Positions 37,110 through 50,324 of a stretch of 64,000 nt of DNA are shown here, piece by piece; the first letter of the stretch is position 1; every line of letters starts with the position of its first letter. The position numbers were made by a program, and so were the translations under genes. Origin of the DNA: Macrostomum hystrix (Eukaryota > Animalia > Platyhelminthes); assembly GCA_950097015.1 (NCBI GenBank), contig CATNEN010000029.1:186001-250000 (forward strand), written 5' to 3'. The notes beneath the pieces were generated by a model, which saw only the letters and a list, made by a program, of their open reading frames with translations, had not been told where the DNA came from and did not search any database.

Positions 37110-38520
37110 TCTCTTCCCTGTCTCATATTTCCACTATCTCCTCTTTCCCCTGTCTCATCTCTCCCGTGTCTCCCGTCTCTCTCCCGTGTCATCTCTCCCG
37201 TGTCATCTCTCCCGTGGCTCATCTCGTCCCTGTCTTATCTCTCCCGTGTCATCTCTCCCCTGTCTCATATCTCCCGCGTCTCATCTCTCCCCTGTCTCAT
37301 CTCACCCGTGTGTCATCTCTCCCCTGTCTCATCTCACCCGTGTGTCATCTCTCCCCTGTCTCATCTCACCCGTGTGTCATCTCTCCCCTGTCTCATCTCT
37401 CCCCTGTCATCTCTCCCCTGTCTCATCTGTCCCCTGTCTCATATCTCCCCTGTCTCATCTCTCCCGTGGCTGATCTCGTCCCTGTCTTATCTTTTCTCCA
37501 TCTCCCCTCTCCCCTGTCTCATCTCTCCAGTGTCTCCCGTCTCTCTCCCGTGTCATCTCTTCCTGTCTCCTCTCTTCTCTGTCTCATTTATCCCATGTCT
37601 CATCTTATATCATCTCTGACTAGTCCCCTCCCCTGTCTCTTCTATCCCATGCCTCATCTCTCCCGTGTCATCTCTCCCCTGTCTCATATCTCCCCCGTCT
37701 CATCTCTCCCCTGTCTCATCTCACCCGTGTGTCATCTCTCCCCTGTCTCATATCTCCCCCGTCTCATCTCTCCCCTGTCTCATCTCACCCGTGTGTCATC
37801 TCTCCCCTGTCTCATCTCTCCCCTGTCATCTCTCCCCTGTCTCATCTGTCCCCTGTCTCATATCTCCCCTGTCTCATCTCTCCCGTGGCTGATCTCGTCC
37901 CTGTCTTATCTTTTCTCAATCTCCCCTCTCCCCTGTCTCATCTCTCCAGTGTCTCCCGTCTCTCTCCCGTGTCATCTCTTCCTGTCTCCTCTCTTCTCTG
38001 TCTCATTTATCCCATGTCTCATCTTATATCATCTCTGACTAGTCCCCTCCCCTGTCTCTTCTATCCCATGCCTCATCTCTCATGTGTCTCATCTCTCCCC
38101 TGTCTCATCTCTCCCCTGACTCATCTCTCCCCTGTCTCATCTCACCCGTGTGTCATCTCTCCCGTGTGTCATCTCTCCCCTGTCTCATCTCTCCCGTGTC
38201 ATCTCTCCCCTGTCTCATCTCTCCCCTGTCTCATATCTCCCCCGTCTCCTCTCTCCCCTGTCTCATCTCTCCCGTGTCTCCCGTCTCTCTCCCGTGTCAT
38301 CTCTTCTTGTCTCTTTTCTTCCCTGTCTCATTTATCCCATTTCTCATCTCATATCATCTCTGACTAGTCCCTCCCCTGTCTCGTCTATCCCATCCCTCAT
38401 CTCTCATGTGTCTCATCTCTCCCCTGTCTCACCTGTCTCATCTCTCCAGTGTCTCCTCTCTCCCCTGTCTTATCTCTTATATGCCTCATCTATCCTGTGT
38501 CTCATCTCACCCCTTTCTCA
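37110..38520. repeat. Pyrimidine-rich minisatellite of about 16 bp (TGTCTCATCTCTCCCC)n with higher-order duplication
   Basis: The marker CTCTGACTAGTCCC recurs at about 37613, 38033 and 38358. Confidence 0.92.
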
Positions 38521-39516
38521 TATTCCTACAGTCAATGCGGCTCGCTGTCGTCTTTTAGGTTCTCTCCGTGACCCGCACGCTAATAAGTTTGCCTATCCCT
38601 TCTATAGATGCAAATGGCCGCTTACCGCAATTCAGTCCACGGACTGTGCAATCCGAATTTCTACCCCAGTTAATATCATTATCAAATTTTACACCTGGCC
38701 CTCATGGTAGGTAAATATTGACTACACATACTTATAAAAGTACTCTGTCCGCTGTAGCGCCCCAAATAGACGTGAATTCGAACCCAAGAACCTTCTAGCG
38801 AAACTCCCGAGGCCTCATTAATTGGTTAATCAGATATTCAAATTTTCCCCTGTTATCTCGCCATTGGTCATACTTCAGTGAGTGGTGTGATTTCAGGCAG
38901 CACAATGGTCACTTACCCAGCGGAGTCTCCGATCTCTTCTGCCGCTGCCCAGCAGCGTGGACTTTGTTGTCACCCTCGGCTCTATAGTACATTTTATTGA
39001 TCGCTTGTCAGTGTCTGGTATTAGCGATAAATTCGAAGTTAGATTAGGCTGCACGAAGCTCTCGTTCGTGTCCTGAAGGTTTAGACCATAGACTATCGGT
39101 CTCGTGTACTTTGACAATTTATAGTACGTATTGAGTCTTTCGAGCAAATGTGCAAGACGTTCTAAAAAGTGTATCGCATTGTCCATCGTTGTCCTGCTTT
39201 GTTCGAAATTGGGGAAAAAATAATTGTGAGTCAAGGGGGCATTCCCCCCATTGGTATAAAAATGGGCGGCAAAATTGGTGTGTTAAGTTGGACATAATGG
39301 AGGGGGTTGGCGGTGAGATAACAAGATAGTGCGCGACTGAGGGTAGGAGAGGAGGCTAGAAGGTGAGCGGTGGACCAATCAGAAGGCAGAAAAGGAGAGA
39401 GATCAAGGTCAGAGTTAAAGAACCAGACAGAATTACAGACAAAAATAATCCAAAACTCCGAAAATGCACTGTCGGAAACATAGGGAAACTTGGTCAATGT
39501 CTTTGAACACAAAGAG

Positions 39517-39750
39517 GTTGTAGCCTAGTCGTTCGGGCGTCGGACTCACGACTTGAAGATCGGGGCTTCGATTCCCGACTCCACTGAACCAATTTGTGTC
39601 CTTTAGCATGACACGTAACTCTGCATTGCTTCAGTTCACCCAGCTGTTGAATGGATACCAGCATTAGCTGGGATAATTGAAGGTGGGTGTGGCGTCCCCC
39701 CAGTCCATGGACTGAACAGCTGTACGCCGTCTTCAGATGCGCCGCGCAAG
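39517..39750 (+). mobile_element. SINE family B copy with CORE-like central domain
   Basis: tRNA head TGTAGCCTAGTCG...GGCTTCGATTCCC, then TGTGTCCTTTAGCATGACACGTAACTC...CACCCAGCTGTTGAATGG. The latter resembles the CORE-SINE consensus as I recall it. Confidence 0.75.
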
Positions 39751-39959
39751 TAATAAATTGACAACGTGCTCTCGCGTACAGAATTGCACTAAATGAAAAG
39801 TAATAATATTTTTTAGCAGCGGAGCTCTCACATTTTCTTCCTTAAGGGAGTCTTTCGCAAATATAAGCAGCAATAGAAAAATATATACAAATAGCAATAG
39901 AAAACATTATGAGCGAATAGTATACCAGCAGCGAAATACATATGAAAATTCAGATTGTC

Positions 39960-40870
39960 AACTTCAAGCTGCAACCTGTATGGCCGATTCCGAATCCGCT
40001 CGGGTTAGCGCCTCACCGAGCTGCCCGGCGGCTCAGTAGCCGCTGCCGTTTCCACCGACGCAGAGTCCGGAGCATCTGAAATCCCGCTAGCCGCATTCGA
40101 TACCACTGGCGCCCGGTCTGTTCCAGGCTCGACCTCAGGTTGCACTGACGCGATCGATGGTGCGGCTGCACGAGCTGAGCACCGCGGACTGGAGTCGATG
40201 GTGGCAGACGGTATGGTCGGCTCAGACAGCATCTGGTCGATGGGGCGGCGTACATAGTTGCGCTGGGCCGCATAAACCACGGTACCGGACGCCCAGCCGG
40301 CGTCCTCGCCGAAGCCCTTGACTCGAACGCTGTCGCCGACCTCGAACCCGTTCCACCAATGACGGCCGCAGGAGGTCCAACCTGGAGCGCAGCCGGCGCC
40401 CAAATAGAAGCTCGCTGGGAGACACGCCGGTTGTTGGATGAAGTTTTGCAGCGCCGCAGCAGAGTGACCGGACTTTCTGATGTGCAGCTTCAGCGTCTGG
40501 ACGAACCGCTCGGCTTGGCCGTTGGTTGCCGGATGGTATGGCGCCGATGTTATGTGTCGAATACCGTTGCGGCTGGCGAATTCAGAGAACTCCTTTGACG
40601 AGAACTGTGGACCGTTATCGGAGACTAGTATGCGAGGTAGGCCCAGGTGGCTGAAGACGTCTCGCAGATGAGCGATGGTGCTGCCGGCCGAGGTGTCAGT
40701 CATCTGTCGAACCTCTGGCCACTTGCTGTGCGCGTCGATGATAATCAGATAGACTCGACCGTCGACAGGGCCGGCGAAATCGACGTGAACCTTGATGCGT
40801 TGGAGTGCGTTGGAGCCTTGATCGGATCAGCCTGATGAGCTTTGCAGGTTTCGCATGTTCGCGCCAGCTG
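39960..40870 (-). mobile_element. Ty3/gypsy-type integrase (rve) fragment, degenerate
   Basis: HVDFAGPVDGRVYLIIIDAHSKWPEV...LVSDNGPQFSS...SAPYHPATNGQAERFVQTLK with DDE residues. Frameshifts downstream and no LTRs found. Confidence 0.88.
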
Positions 40871-41404
40871 CTAAAAGCTAGCTGATAATGCACATGGGCT
40901 CTCGCTGTTAAAGAGTGAGAAACCTTAATAAAATGGCCAGCAGGGGAGCTCAAAATGGGGTATAGGCTTAAAACGAAGACTTTTTGAGTGAGAATAGACT
41001 ACTGCAAAGGAAGATGCGAGAAATGCAGCAAGATTTTTATCTTAGTGCTTAAAAATAAGAAAGACCGCTTCATGTCATTATCTTTTATTGCTTCAGGAAA
41101 TATATTTATAGAGACTCAGTCATTTTCCAGTTGGGACTAAAAATGTTTAAATCACAACCAAAGTATTCATTCACATTCACATTCACATTTATCGCTTGAA
41201 ATTCATGTACATTTTTTTAAATACATTGCATTTACATGTAGCTAAGCTAAATCGACCTAATTTAGTTAGCTCACTTTGGCTAAGCAAAAAAGGTAGCACT
41301 ACTTATAATAGTATTTTGAGATAGTGTCTCGATTAATTTTTAAGATTAAGTAAAAATCAACTTTGCAACGGACTGCTCTATTTAGGGAAGGAAGTTGTCA
41401 AGGA

Positions 41405-43913
41405 TCAAAGTAGGTCACGGAGTAGAGCAGACGCTGGCAAGGCCAATAAAACCAACAAGTTTCGCAGCCTCATTATATTGTGCGCCAGGTTGTGTGCCAT
41501 CTGTTGCTGTTGGCGCCTCTGGCTGATACCTGTGATATGTGGGGGTAAGGGCGTGTTGGATTGTTACAGACATGCAATTTCATTCATTTCAGATCTAATG
41601 GATCTTGTCAAAACCAATCGCCAAATCAAACAACAAAATACCGGGGGTCGGGTCAGTGGCAGAGCGGTTAACGCATTCGCCTCTCGCACCAAGGTCCCTG
41701 AGCTCGATTCCGCAGCGAGGCCACATTCATTTGGGTTGCAGCCGCGGAGAGAAGGCTTGAGTGCTTGTCGTTTAATTTACAGCCTTAAGGGCCAACCTCC
41801 AAGGCACAGTGCGAGTGTACACTGTCTGACGATTAGAAGGTCAAGGCAGTTGTATACACCTGTGTGAGCGTGTGCCTGCGTACAGTATCTGTGTGTGTGT
41901 GTGCTCAGGAGTCAGCGGAATGGGCAGAATTTCGGTGGTAATAATTGCACCCTCCTGCGATTATTTTTATTATTAATCAACAACAATATACCTCTTGCGA
42001 TCAGCAGGAGTGCATTTTAGGCACAGTTAGGAGTTGTTTAAAAAAACAATAAATATATGCTTTTCACAGATAAAGCTCGACAGAAATCGATAAAGCTATG
42101 AAAAGGAAACTAGTATCAAAAGATGAGCCTTTGATTCGCCGCCAATCGGAGCCTACTTTCCCGCCCTTCTACTCCTAGTGGTCCTTGGCACCAATGTATA
42201 GTGCTGGTACCCTGCACTCGTACCAGTCACTGTGAGCGAGTGCACGGCTGCCACGGGCGGGACAGTCAAGCAGCAGGCCCAGTCGCCGCGGTGCTCCAGC
42301 CCCACGGCAGCGATGGTCAGCACGCTAGTCAGGGTGCAGCCTCTGTCGCTGCTCGAACTTTCGGCGATGTCCACTCCAGGTTTGCGCGCGTCCGCTCCGC
42401 GGTGACGCCACACCAAGTTGCCATGGTTACTACTGGCAGTTGACAGCTTAGCTGTGCACATGAATGACAGGTACTGTTTGCCAAGCCGAGCTACAGACGG
42501 CCCACTGATGGTAACTGTGGCTGAGAACAATGAGAAAGTTAGGATTGGTAGTGTATCCAATTGTAGCACCGAGGTTCCTGAGCTCGAATCCGCAGGGAGA
42601 CCACATTCATTTGGAGTGCAGACGCGGAGAAAAGGCTTGCTTGCCACCGCATAGTGAGAGTGTACACTTGCCTGACGATGAAAAAGTCAGCGCAGAGGTA
42701 CACACCCCTGTGTGTGAGTGTGTGCCTGCGTTCGTATGCGTGTGCTTGTGTGTGCTCAGGGTTAGCCTGTCGCCAAATGATGCTCTATCTCTTACACGAT
42801 TCATGAGGGGTATGCGATCAAGTGGCTCAGCCGCGAGGTCTGGAGATTGAATCTCAGTCCGAGGGAAACATTAAGAAAAATAAATTACAAGACTGGAACT
42901 TCAGCTCTTGGGGTGTCCAACTCTTCAACTCAGTTTGTTGATTAGAAGTCTCGCTTAATTGAGTTAAAAGGTCATGCTGGAAAAAAACTCACCGTTTAGT
43001 TTTTTATGCCTGCCAACGGTCACTTCCGAGCCAGTGATTTCGCCTGTCTCTGCCATTAGGATGAAAGCAGATACTTAACAGAGACTAGCATTTATTAACT
43101 ATAGAGTATGGTGCTCGATTGAGCCACCACCTAAGTCTGTTCCGTGCACTAACCTGTGACAATCAGCGAGAACTCGGCGATCATTAGCCGGGCGCTGCCG
43201 CCGCTCACCTGGCAAAGATAGTGGCCTGTGTCGCTAGTTTGGGCTCGTCGAATCACCAGGCGCCACTCGTCATTGGCTGCGTCGGCGTCCAGAGCGATGC
43301 GACGGTCTGGCGTGAAGACGGCCCGACCCACCGTCAGGGGTATGTCAGCGCCATCGTTCTTCATCCAGGTCACCTGGCAATGGTCCAGCCAGAATGTTTT
43401 TCCAGCAAGTCTTGCTTAGGGCAAATAAATCGCGAACGGCCTGATACAAAACCCGCTCTGACTGAGCGCGACAAGGACCTACTACTTTTAGTGGTGCTTG
43501 ACAGATGAACGCGTGACTTTTCAGTTTCCGATTCCGAACACGATCGATCAGGATTCTCTTGATCGAGATTCTCCGATTCCGGAGAAGTTTCGTAATTAAC
43601 TGGGAATCCTGAGAGAGTGCAGGGAAAATCCGTGGAGAGTCCATGGAAAATCTTTGGAAATTCCATGGAAATTCCATGGAGAAGTTCATTGAGAAACTCA
43701 AAAAATATTGTTTCCCTAAAATTTTAGTGCTAATGTTTAGCCAACAGGTCGCTCTTGGCTGAATCAGCCAACTCACCATCCGATCACCGAGGTTGCGCAC
43801 AACGCACCGCAGCACGGCCATCTCCAGCTCCTGACAAATCAGACTGGTTGACATTGAGTCTGCAAAGCAAGTGTGCTTGCTGCCCGGAGTGCAGTGTGGC
43901 CACGACTGGCTGC
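41405..43913 (-). CDS. Dpr/IgLON-like two-Ig-domain cell-surface protein with probable GPI signal; signal-peptide exon not located
   Basis: Exons 43913-43777 (5' boundary uncertain), 43373-43154, 42520-42224 and 41529-41405, phase-consistent GT-AG. Ig1 is AVLRCVVRNLGDRMVTW...LTVG...DTGHYLCQV (Dpr-like) and Ig2 is FMC...VW...LTI...DWAC. The C-terminus is hydrophobic (LRNLLVLLALPASALLRDLL*). Confidence 0.75.
41641..41975 (+). mobile_element. SINE family A, near full-length copy (Dpr-like gene intron)
   Basis: Intact A-box TGGCAGAGCGG, B-box-like GAGCTCGATTCC, the conserved body and an ATT-rich tail. Confidence 0.88.
42545..42770 (+). mobile_element. SINE family A copy (Dpr-like gene intron)
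   Basis: GAGCTCGAATCCGCAGGGAGACCACATTCATTTGGAGTGCAG...GTGTGTGCTCAGG matches the family. Confidence 0.85.
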
Positions 43914-45089
43914 CTGCAGTCGCTGGGAATTTTACGGGAGTTTAAGAGAGACTTTTCAGAGTTTCAGAGTCTCCGAGTAGGGCTTGAGAAACTCGAAATT
44001 CTGGCAAGTGGCCTTAGGGCTCTTTACCGCATGAAATTGTTAATGCGCGAAGTAATTCAAGGTCAAATAAGCCTGTTCTGATTTTTAATCCTTTTCGACA
44101 TTCGCCTGTCTGAGTACAGAGTGCTCGCTATTCCGTGGCTTATCCGAGTTAGACCTATTTCGAAGAAAATTGATCCCAAGAGGTGGGAAGTCTGTGTGAG
44201 AAATCCTGTTGCTGGCGGATTATGCCGGATGTGAGCTCGCGGGAACCGAAGAGCTCTCAGTGGAGAGCTGTCCGGAGTCGCCGTGAAGCCGCTCTACAGA
44301 TAGTAAGAATCCTTACAAAAGCAGCAGATGTTAGCGCAGGGCTGACACGTTCAGCCGAGCAGAGATTGTGTTGCGTGTGTGTTTGCTGACCCACCCGATT
44401 TCCCGGATCCCGCTTGTCCCGACCCGGAAGTTGTTTCTCATTGTGGAGTCGCTCTGCGGTGGTCCTTACTGCTGCGTTTTTGGTTCAGGTAGACATCCGC
44501 CTATTTTAGTCTTCAATGGAGAAGGCAATGTTTACTGACGACGCATGAAATGAAAGGAGAAAGTATGGATTTCTTCTAGGAAGATAAATTAACTACACAG
44601 AGTATGATTAAGCTGCTTAAAAAGTCTTTAGTTGGAACTCTCTAAACCCTCTAGTCAGAAATTCATTTATAAATCCACCAAGTCACTTGATGAAAACTAA
44701 AAGAATGTTTGAGCAAATATAAACTTTACCTGCAATCGATATAAAATGAAAAGCGACCTGGAACAGCCGTAGACTGGGCATTGGCGATGTGGAAGTGCCA
44801 CTCTCAATAACTACTAAATAAGATACCTTATTAAATGTATATATTCGTTACTTTTTGTAGTCCTTGACTACCCTATTGTGATGCTTCACAAAGAGGGATC
44901 TTTCTGGAGGTATGAGCTCAAACGAATTCTAAAATTCCACTGCTCTGGAAAATGTATGGCTCTGATGGCACAATTTCTTGACCAATCACAACTTGAGCAG
45001 TCTGCAGGCTTCACTTATTGGCTGGGATAGGATATGGTGGACGTCGACAAACCCCACTCTGACAAGAATTATCTGTGCTGCAATTAATT

Positions 45090-45155
45090 CAAGTGAATGT
45101 GGCCTCGCCCTGGATTCGAGCGCAGGTACCTTGACGCAATAGTCGGACGCTTAAC
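45090..45155 (-). mobile_element. SINE family A head fragment
   Basis: Reverse complement of CTCGAATCCAGGGCGAGGCCACATTCA is present. Confidence 0.55.
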
Positions 45156-47096
45156 AGTAACAAGACCAGGGGGCTATTTCAAATACGGCTTTTTTCTGCA
45201 TCTCCCAATAAAATCGGTCATTCTCCTTGGGAGTTATCGTTAAGTAGGCAGTGGGTATTTGAAGCAACGACGCGGTATCTCAGGGACAATTGCCTTGGTC
45301 TTGTACTGCTAAACCCTGCATTATCACAAACCAAAGTACGAGTTTTATTTGAGGCGAGTGATTGTCTTAGGGGCTTGTGGACCAATTCGTCTTCTCGAGA
45401 GTCAACCGCCCAAAGCGTAGTAATAGAGTACAATGTCTGATGATAAGCAAATCAGTGCAGACGCACACACCAGTGTTAGAGTGCCTCGGGTTAGGAGTAA
45501 GCAGGATGGCCTCCTCGCCGAATATTATTTTTGTTATTAATAAGGCCAAGGGCTTAATTAATTCTGTATCACAGTTAGCACCAAAACAATTTTCTTGGTG
45601 TTGTTTTTAATTTTGCGAAACATAATGGAAGGGTTAAAGAGGAACTAAAGTCACCAACAGCTCTTACAGTGCTACTTAAAGTACTCTGATTCTTAAAAGT
45701 CAAAAGAAATTGTTCTCTCGTCTGCATCAAAACTGTTCCGTCGTTTCTAGCGGCTCTTTGGAAGGCGTCGAACCCCTCAACCCCTTCAAGCCTCGGGCCT
45801 CGCTGCAGTGGCGGCTCTAATTGCTAAGAATTTCTGACAAATCTTGGGTAGGCCACTTAGCTACTGAGAGAACCTGACTCTTCACCAGTGACGCCACTGC
45901 AGTCCGCTGGGTCTCAATCAGCTTTCTCACAATAGTATCATGCTGGCGGATTTCCTGTTGCAGTCATTTTCACTGTAGTTATTCTCAGCGAGTTTCAAGT
46001 TCAGGCCTAAAAAGGTAGCTTTTAACTCTAGATTCAATTTTTCAGCTTTTAAAATTATTCTATCAAAATGACTAGCTCGTAGCTGAATAAATTGAAGCCT
46101 ACTTAATTACTATTTTGTCTGCCAGACCTCCTCTGGAAATGACTGGAAATGACTAAGACAGTCGGAGGGTGAATGTGAAGGATAGGATGCACTAGTACTA
46201 TTCGGCTAGTTAAAAAAGCGGCTGTTAAAGAAGGATAAAAGGATTCAAGAGTGTTGACACTGGCACTTTAGAGTCTGAACATGATAGACATGATACATGA
46301 GAAACTGATCATAGAGACAGAGACGAGACAGGGGAGACAGAGAGGATATTGTGGATAGAGGTTGTCTAGCTGATATGCTTCGAAAAAAGCAATAATTAAT
46401 TGCTATTCTACTGGGGAAGCACGGGTTGAGACAGAGAGAGCCGCGGTAGAATTTTGGGATCAGTTTGTTTGTCCGAAGTGACCCCACCTCCACGCTGCTA
46501 ACAGGGTGCGGGCGGGAAGGTGGGCAAAGCGGGGGCGGAGGACGTTCGGAATATTTAAAAATTCGTTTCCTATGGATACCAGCAGTGGTTGCGACAGCCG
46601 AATGCCATATAAATCTGATTGCAATGATGGATGGAAACGGAGTGTGGATAAATTTCGCTATAAAAGCAGGCGGCACAGCAGAATGGCAAACTGATTCAAG
46701 TCACTGCGAACCTGTCGGTCCCGTGCTACTCTCTGCTCGGAAACGATAAAACTAATTTCTCTGTCCCAGTCGATCTGGAAAGGCAATTGCTTGCTCTCTG
46801 ACCCTGATGCATTCGCTGCACTTTGTGAGATCTTACAATTCTAACTTGATGAAAAACTTGATTATTCATTACAGCAAAAGCACATGCGGTACATCTTCGA
46901 TTAGCTCCTTGTTTAAGAAATTAAAAGTAAACAAAGACGATTCAGGTTGTCAGAAATTACAAGCATTGCGTGCATTTAGACACTGAGGCTTGTTTCTAGG
47001 AAGGACGTAGCGAATGACACGGAATATCAAAGTAGAAGTCTGATGTATCTAAACTAAAAAATACGGCTAATAGCGAAATTCCGCTAGACCAGCCAG

Positions 47097-48392
47097 TCAC
47101 AGAGAGACGCTGACTTCTTCCAGCCCGCCAGCAGCCGTCACGGAGTTGCTCTCACCACCAGGCTGGCAGAGTGCCTCAGCCTGACGATTCTGCTGCACCG
47201 TCCGCAGCCGCAACAGTTGCTGATGCTGCAGCTGCTGCGATGGCGTAGCAAGTGGATGACGTCTCCGCCCGCGGCAGCCGAGCAGTCGCATGAAGGCACG
47301 GCGGAAATCGCGCATGGAGTGCGCGTAGATGGCCGGGTTCACAGCGCTGTTGCAGTAGCCCAGCCACGTCACCACGGCCAGCAGCAGCTTCTCGTACTGG
47401 CCGAGGCCGCCTGGCCCGCTCAGGGCCGACAGCGAGCTGCAGACAAAGAACGGCAGCCAGCAGGCGATGAAGACGCCCATCACAATGCCCAGTGTTTTTG
47501 CGGCGCGGCGCTCACGCGAAAAGCGGGCGAATTGCTTACGGCGCGAGGCCAGCAAGCCGCTGCGCCCGTCGTTGAACTGATTCTGCTCCTGGCCGTCAGC
47601 GACACCTTCCTGCTCATCAGCGGGCGACAAGCCGCCGCCTCCGCCGCCTCGGTGAATGCGCAGCACCACGGTGGCCTGGGTGCCATGACCGCGCAGGACT
47701 TTCGCGCCTTCACGCCAGCTGCGAACTAGCCGGGCCGCGGTGCGGTAGATCTTGCAGTACACGAACACCATCACTAGCAGGGGCGCGTAGAAGGACACCA
47801 GCGAGGAGCAGATCAGGTAGGCCGGATCGCTGGTGAAGCTGCAGACGCTGGGCAAGCGGCTAGTCGGACTGGTCGAACGCCACCAGGCGATGGCGGGAAA
47901 GCTGATGAGGCTGGAACAGAGCCAAACAGCGGCAATCATCAATAGGCAACGTCGCTTTGTGACCCTGGACGGATAGCGCATGGGGTTCTGCACTGCCCAG
48001 TAGCGCTCCAGCGCAATCATGCACAGGTTCAGAATGCTGGCCGTGGAGCTTAGGACGTCGAACGCGTGCCAGAGGTCGCACCAGACGGGGCCAAACAGCC
48101 AGCGCTCGCGAGTTGCCTGGGCGATGGCGGCGAACGGCATGACAACGGCGCCCATCAGCAGGTCGGCGGTGGCCAGCGACACGATCAGGTAGTTTGTCAC
48201 GGTGCGTAGGCAGGGCTCCCGCAGGACGGCCAGGATCACCAGGCAGTTGCCAAGCACCGTGACGCAGGCCAGCAGGCTTAGTAAACAACCAATCAGAGCG
48301 TCCTGCGGCTGCACTTCCGGGGACAGGGCGCTGTAGTTCATTTCAATCATTCCCATCAAAATTGAACGTAAAAACAATGCTATTTCTCGCAC
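47097..48392 (-). CDS. Invertebrate D1-like dopamine receptor (Dop1R2/INDR type), intronless class A GPCR
   Basis: 431 aa with TNYLIVSLATADL, WCDLWHAFDVLSSTASILNLC (TM3 Asp), ERYWA, SFPAIAWWR, SSLVSFY (TM5 Ser), LRIHRGG in ICL3, RERRAAKTLGIVMGVF, CWLPFF and NPAIY. Confidence 0.88.
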   Translation of the reverse strand: MREIALFLRSILMGMIEMNYSALSPEVQPQDALIGCLLSLLACVTVLGNCLVILAVLREPCLRTVTNYLIVSLATADLLMGAVVMPFAAIAQATRERWLFGPVWCDLWHAFDVLSSTASILNLCMIALERYWAVQNPMRYPSRVTKRRCLLMIAAVWLCSSLISFPAIAWWRSTSPTSRLPSVCSFTSDPAYLICSSLVSFYAPLLVMVFVYCKIYRTAARLVRSWREGAKVLRGHGTQATVVLRIHRGGGGGGLSPADEQEGVADGQEQNQFNDGRSGLLASRRKQFARFSRERRAAKTLGIVMGVFIACWLPFFVCSSLSALSGPGGLGQYEKLLLAVVTWLGYCNSAVNPAIYAHSMRDFRRAFMRLLGCRGRRRHPLATPSQQLQHQQLLRLRTVQQNRQAEALCQPGGESNSVTAAGGLEEVSVSL

Positions 48393-50324
48393 TCTGTTTC
48401 AATGGGACTGCATGAGTGAGAATTTATACAGGGGGAATCAGGCCGTGTGGGAAAGGGAAAAGCGTAGATTTTGGCCAATAGGAATCGAGGCAGATGCTGC
48501 TGCGCTTGCAGTCTGCGTTCGTATTCAGCGTCGCCTCACGCACCCTCGGTCTCCCTCCACCAAAAATTCTTGACGCTGAAGGAATCCGTATCTCACATTG
48601 TAGCCAGTGGGAGTGAAGAGTTTTCAATTTGTTTGTCAGCGCACATGCGGGACACTGCAGTGCGGAACAGCCCTAACTGCCAGGCATCGAGAAACCGCCG
48701 ATCAGATCACGGGTACAGTTGGTATGCAAGACTTGGGATTCGGGCCAGTCTGTCAAGGTCACTTCCTAGAGGCTGCAGACGTGAACGATTAACATCGACG
48801 GGAGAGAGGAACGTTCCATACGACGCTAAAAGTCTTTAGTAGTTCAAACAGAAACTTCAGAAGGATTTGCAAGCGCATCCCCCGTGTACGCATGGGAGCT
48901 ACAGTGCAAGAGAGTGACAGGGATGGGATTTTAATATGTAAATTCAAGTGTTTAAGTGTCTTATTGTCGATATACGTGCGACACTAACGACGGGTTTAGG
49001 CAAAACTATCCGACATGCATCGAGAGTGCTTTATGTACAGAAATGCTTTGTAAATTTGAATGCTTTGAAAGCAAGAAATGATTGAGCAAATTTATGTGCA
49101 TTAAAAACAATAGGCGGAGACAAACGAGGAGAGACAGACGCGAAGAAGCAAGACACAAATATGATATGAAAAGCAGCTATTTTACTATTTCATATCGACT
49201 GACACTTAAGAAAATTAGTTTCGATAATATACTTTTAAAAGACGAAATTCTCTGAATAAGTGGCATTTCATGGATCGTACAATTCTGTGCTTTTTTCAAC
49301 AGGCCCGTTAAAATGGCTCTTCAACCCATTTTCCATGTAGACGATGCAAAAGAAATAGAATACAGAATATTGTATTACAGAACAGAAGTTCATGCTTCTA
49401 GATTGCTTTGTTACCTGCAATGTTTTAGCCTAAAACTGGCAATTCAATCGTCGTGCATTTTTTGAGTGTCTCAAATAGCGCTTATCGAACAGACGTCATC
49501 CTTCTGAAATTGTATATTGAATAAATTTTACTGTAATGGTCTCATTGTAATTGAAGCATTTCATGCTGTTCCTTCCTATTCTACGATCCATATGAAGTGT
49601 TCGGGGTTCGAGTCTCCGGGTTTCCATGCATAAAATAGCGTGTGCCAACCTTCTGCGCTCAAAACAGAAACGTGATGTGACATATTCATATGACATATTT
49701 TTGTTGTAGCGAACTAATGCGATCATTGCTTGATACTCTCATTTGCTCATAATTTCTAAAACAATGATTACAAGCATTTCTTTCGCCAGAAGCCAACGTT
49801 TAAAAAAGTTGCTTATGTTTTTAAACCGAATTTGTAGAATTTGAAGTGCCTGAGGCCTTGAGTAGCTGAGGGTGAGGAAATTGGTACTTGAAGACACCTC
49901 ATTGTTCGTCATTCCAGAAGATAAAAAAAATTTCTTCAATAAAACATGAATCTTCAAGCCTACTGCATGCTCTTCGGGTATAGTTGGGTGTCGGGTCGAC
50001 AGCGACCACCCGAACACCCCGAACTGCTACATTAATTTCTGTGGCATGGGCGCAAAGAAACAGGCGATCATTCTTGGAAAAGTGTTTCGACCAAATCCCC
50101 GGTGACTTCGGCAGCAAATCAACATAAGCCCGATCTGTGTTTCTATGTGCGGAGTTGCGAGATTTGGTTGACCAAAAACTTCCCAGGAAATCAGCTGAGA
50201 GACATAGTTTATGGGCCAATCCTGCCCCAGTCCCCATTGGGTGAAATGCAGTATTACGAGCGTAGATGAGTGCGTTCATGTTTAGACAGTAGAGCAAAAA
50301 TTATGACAGAAAGAGGCACCAAAC

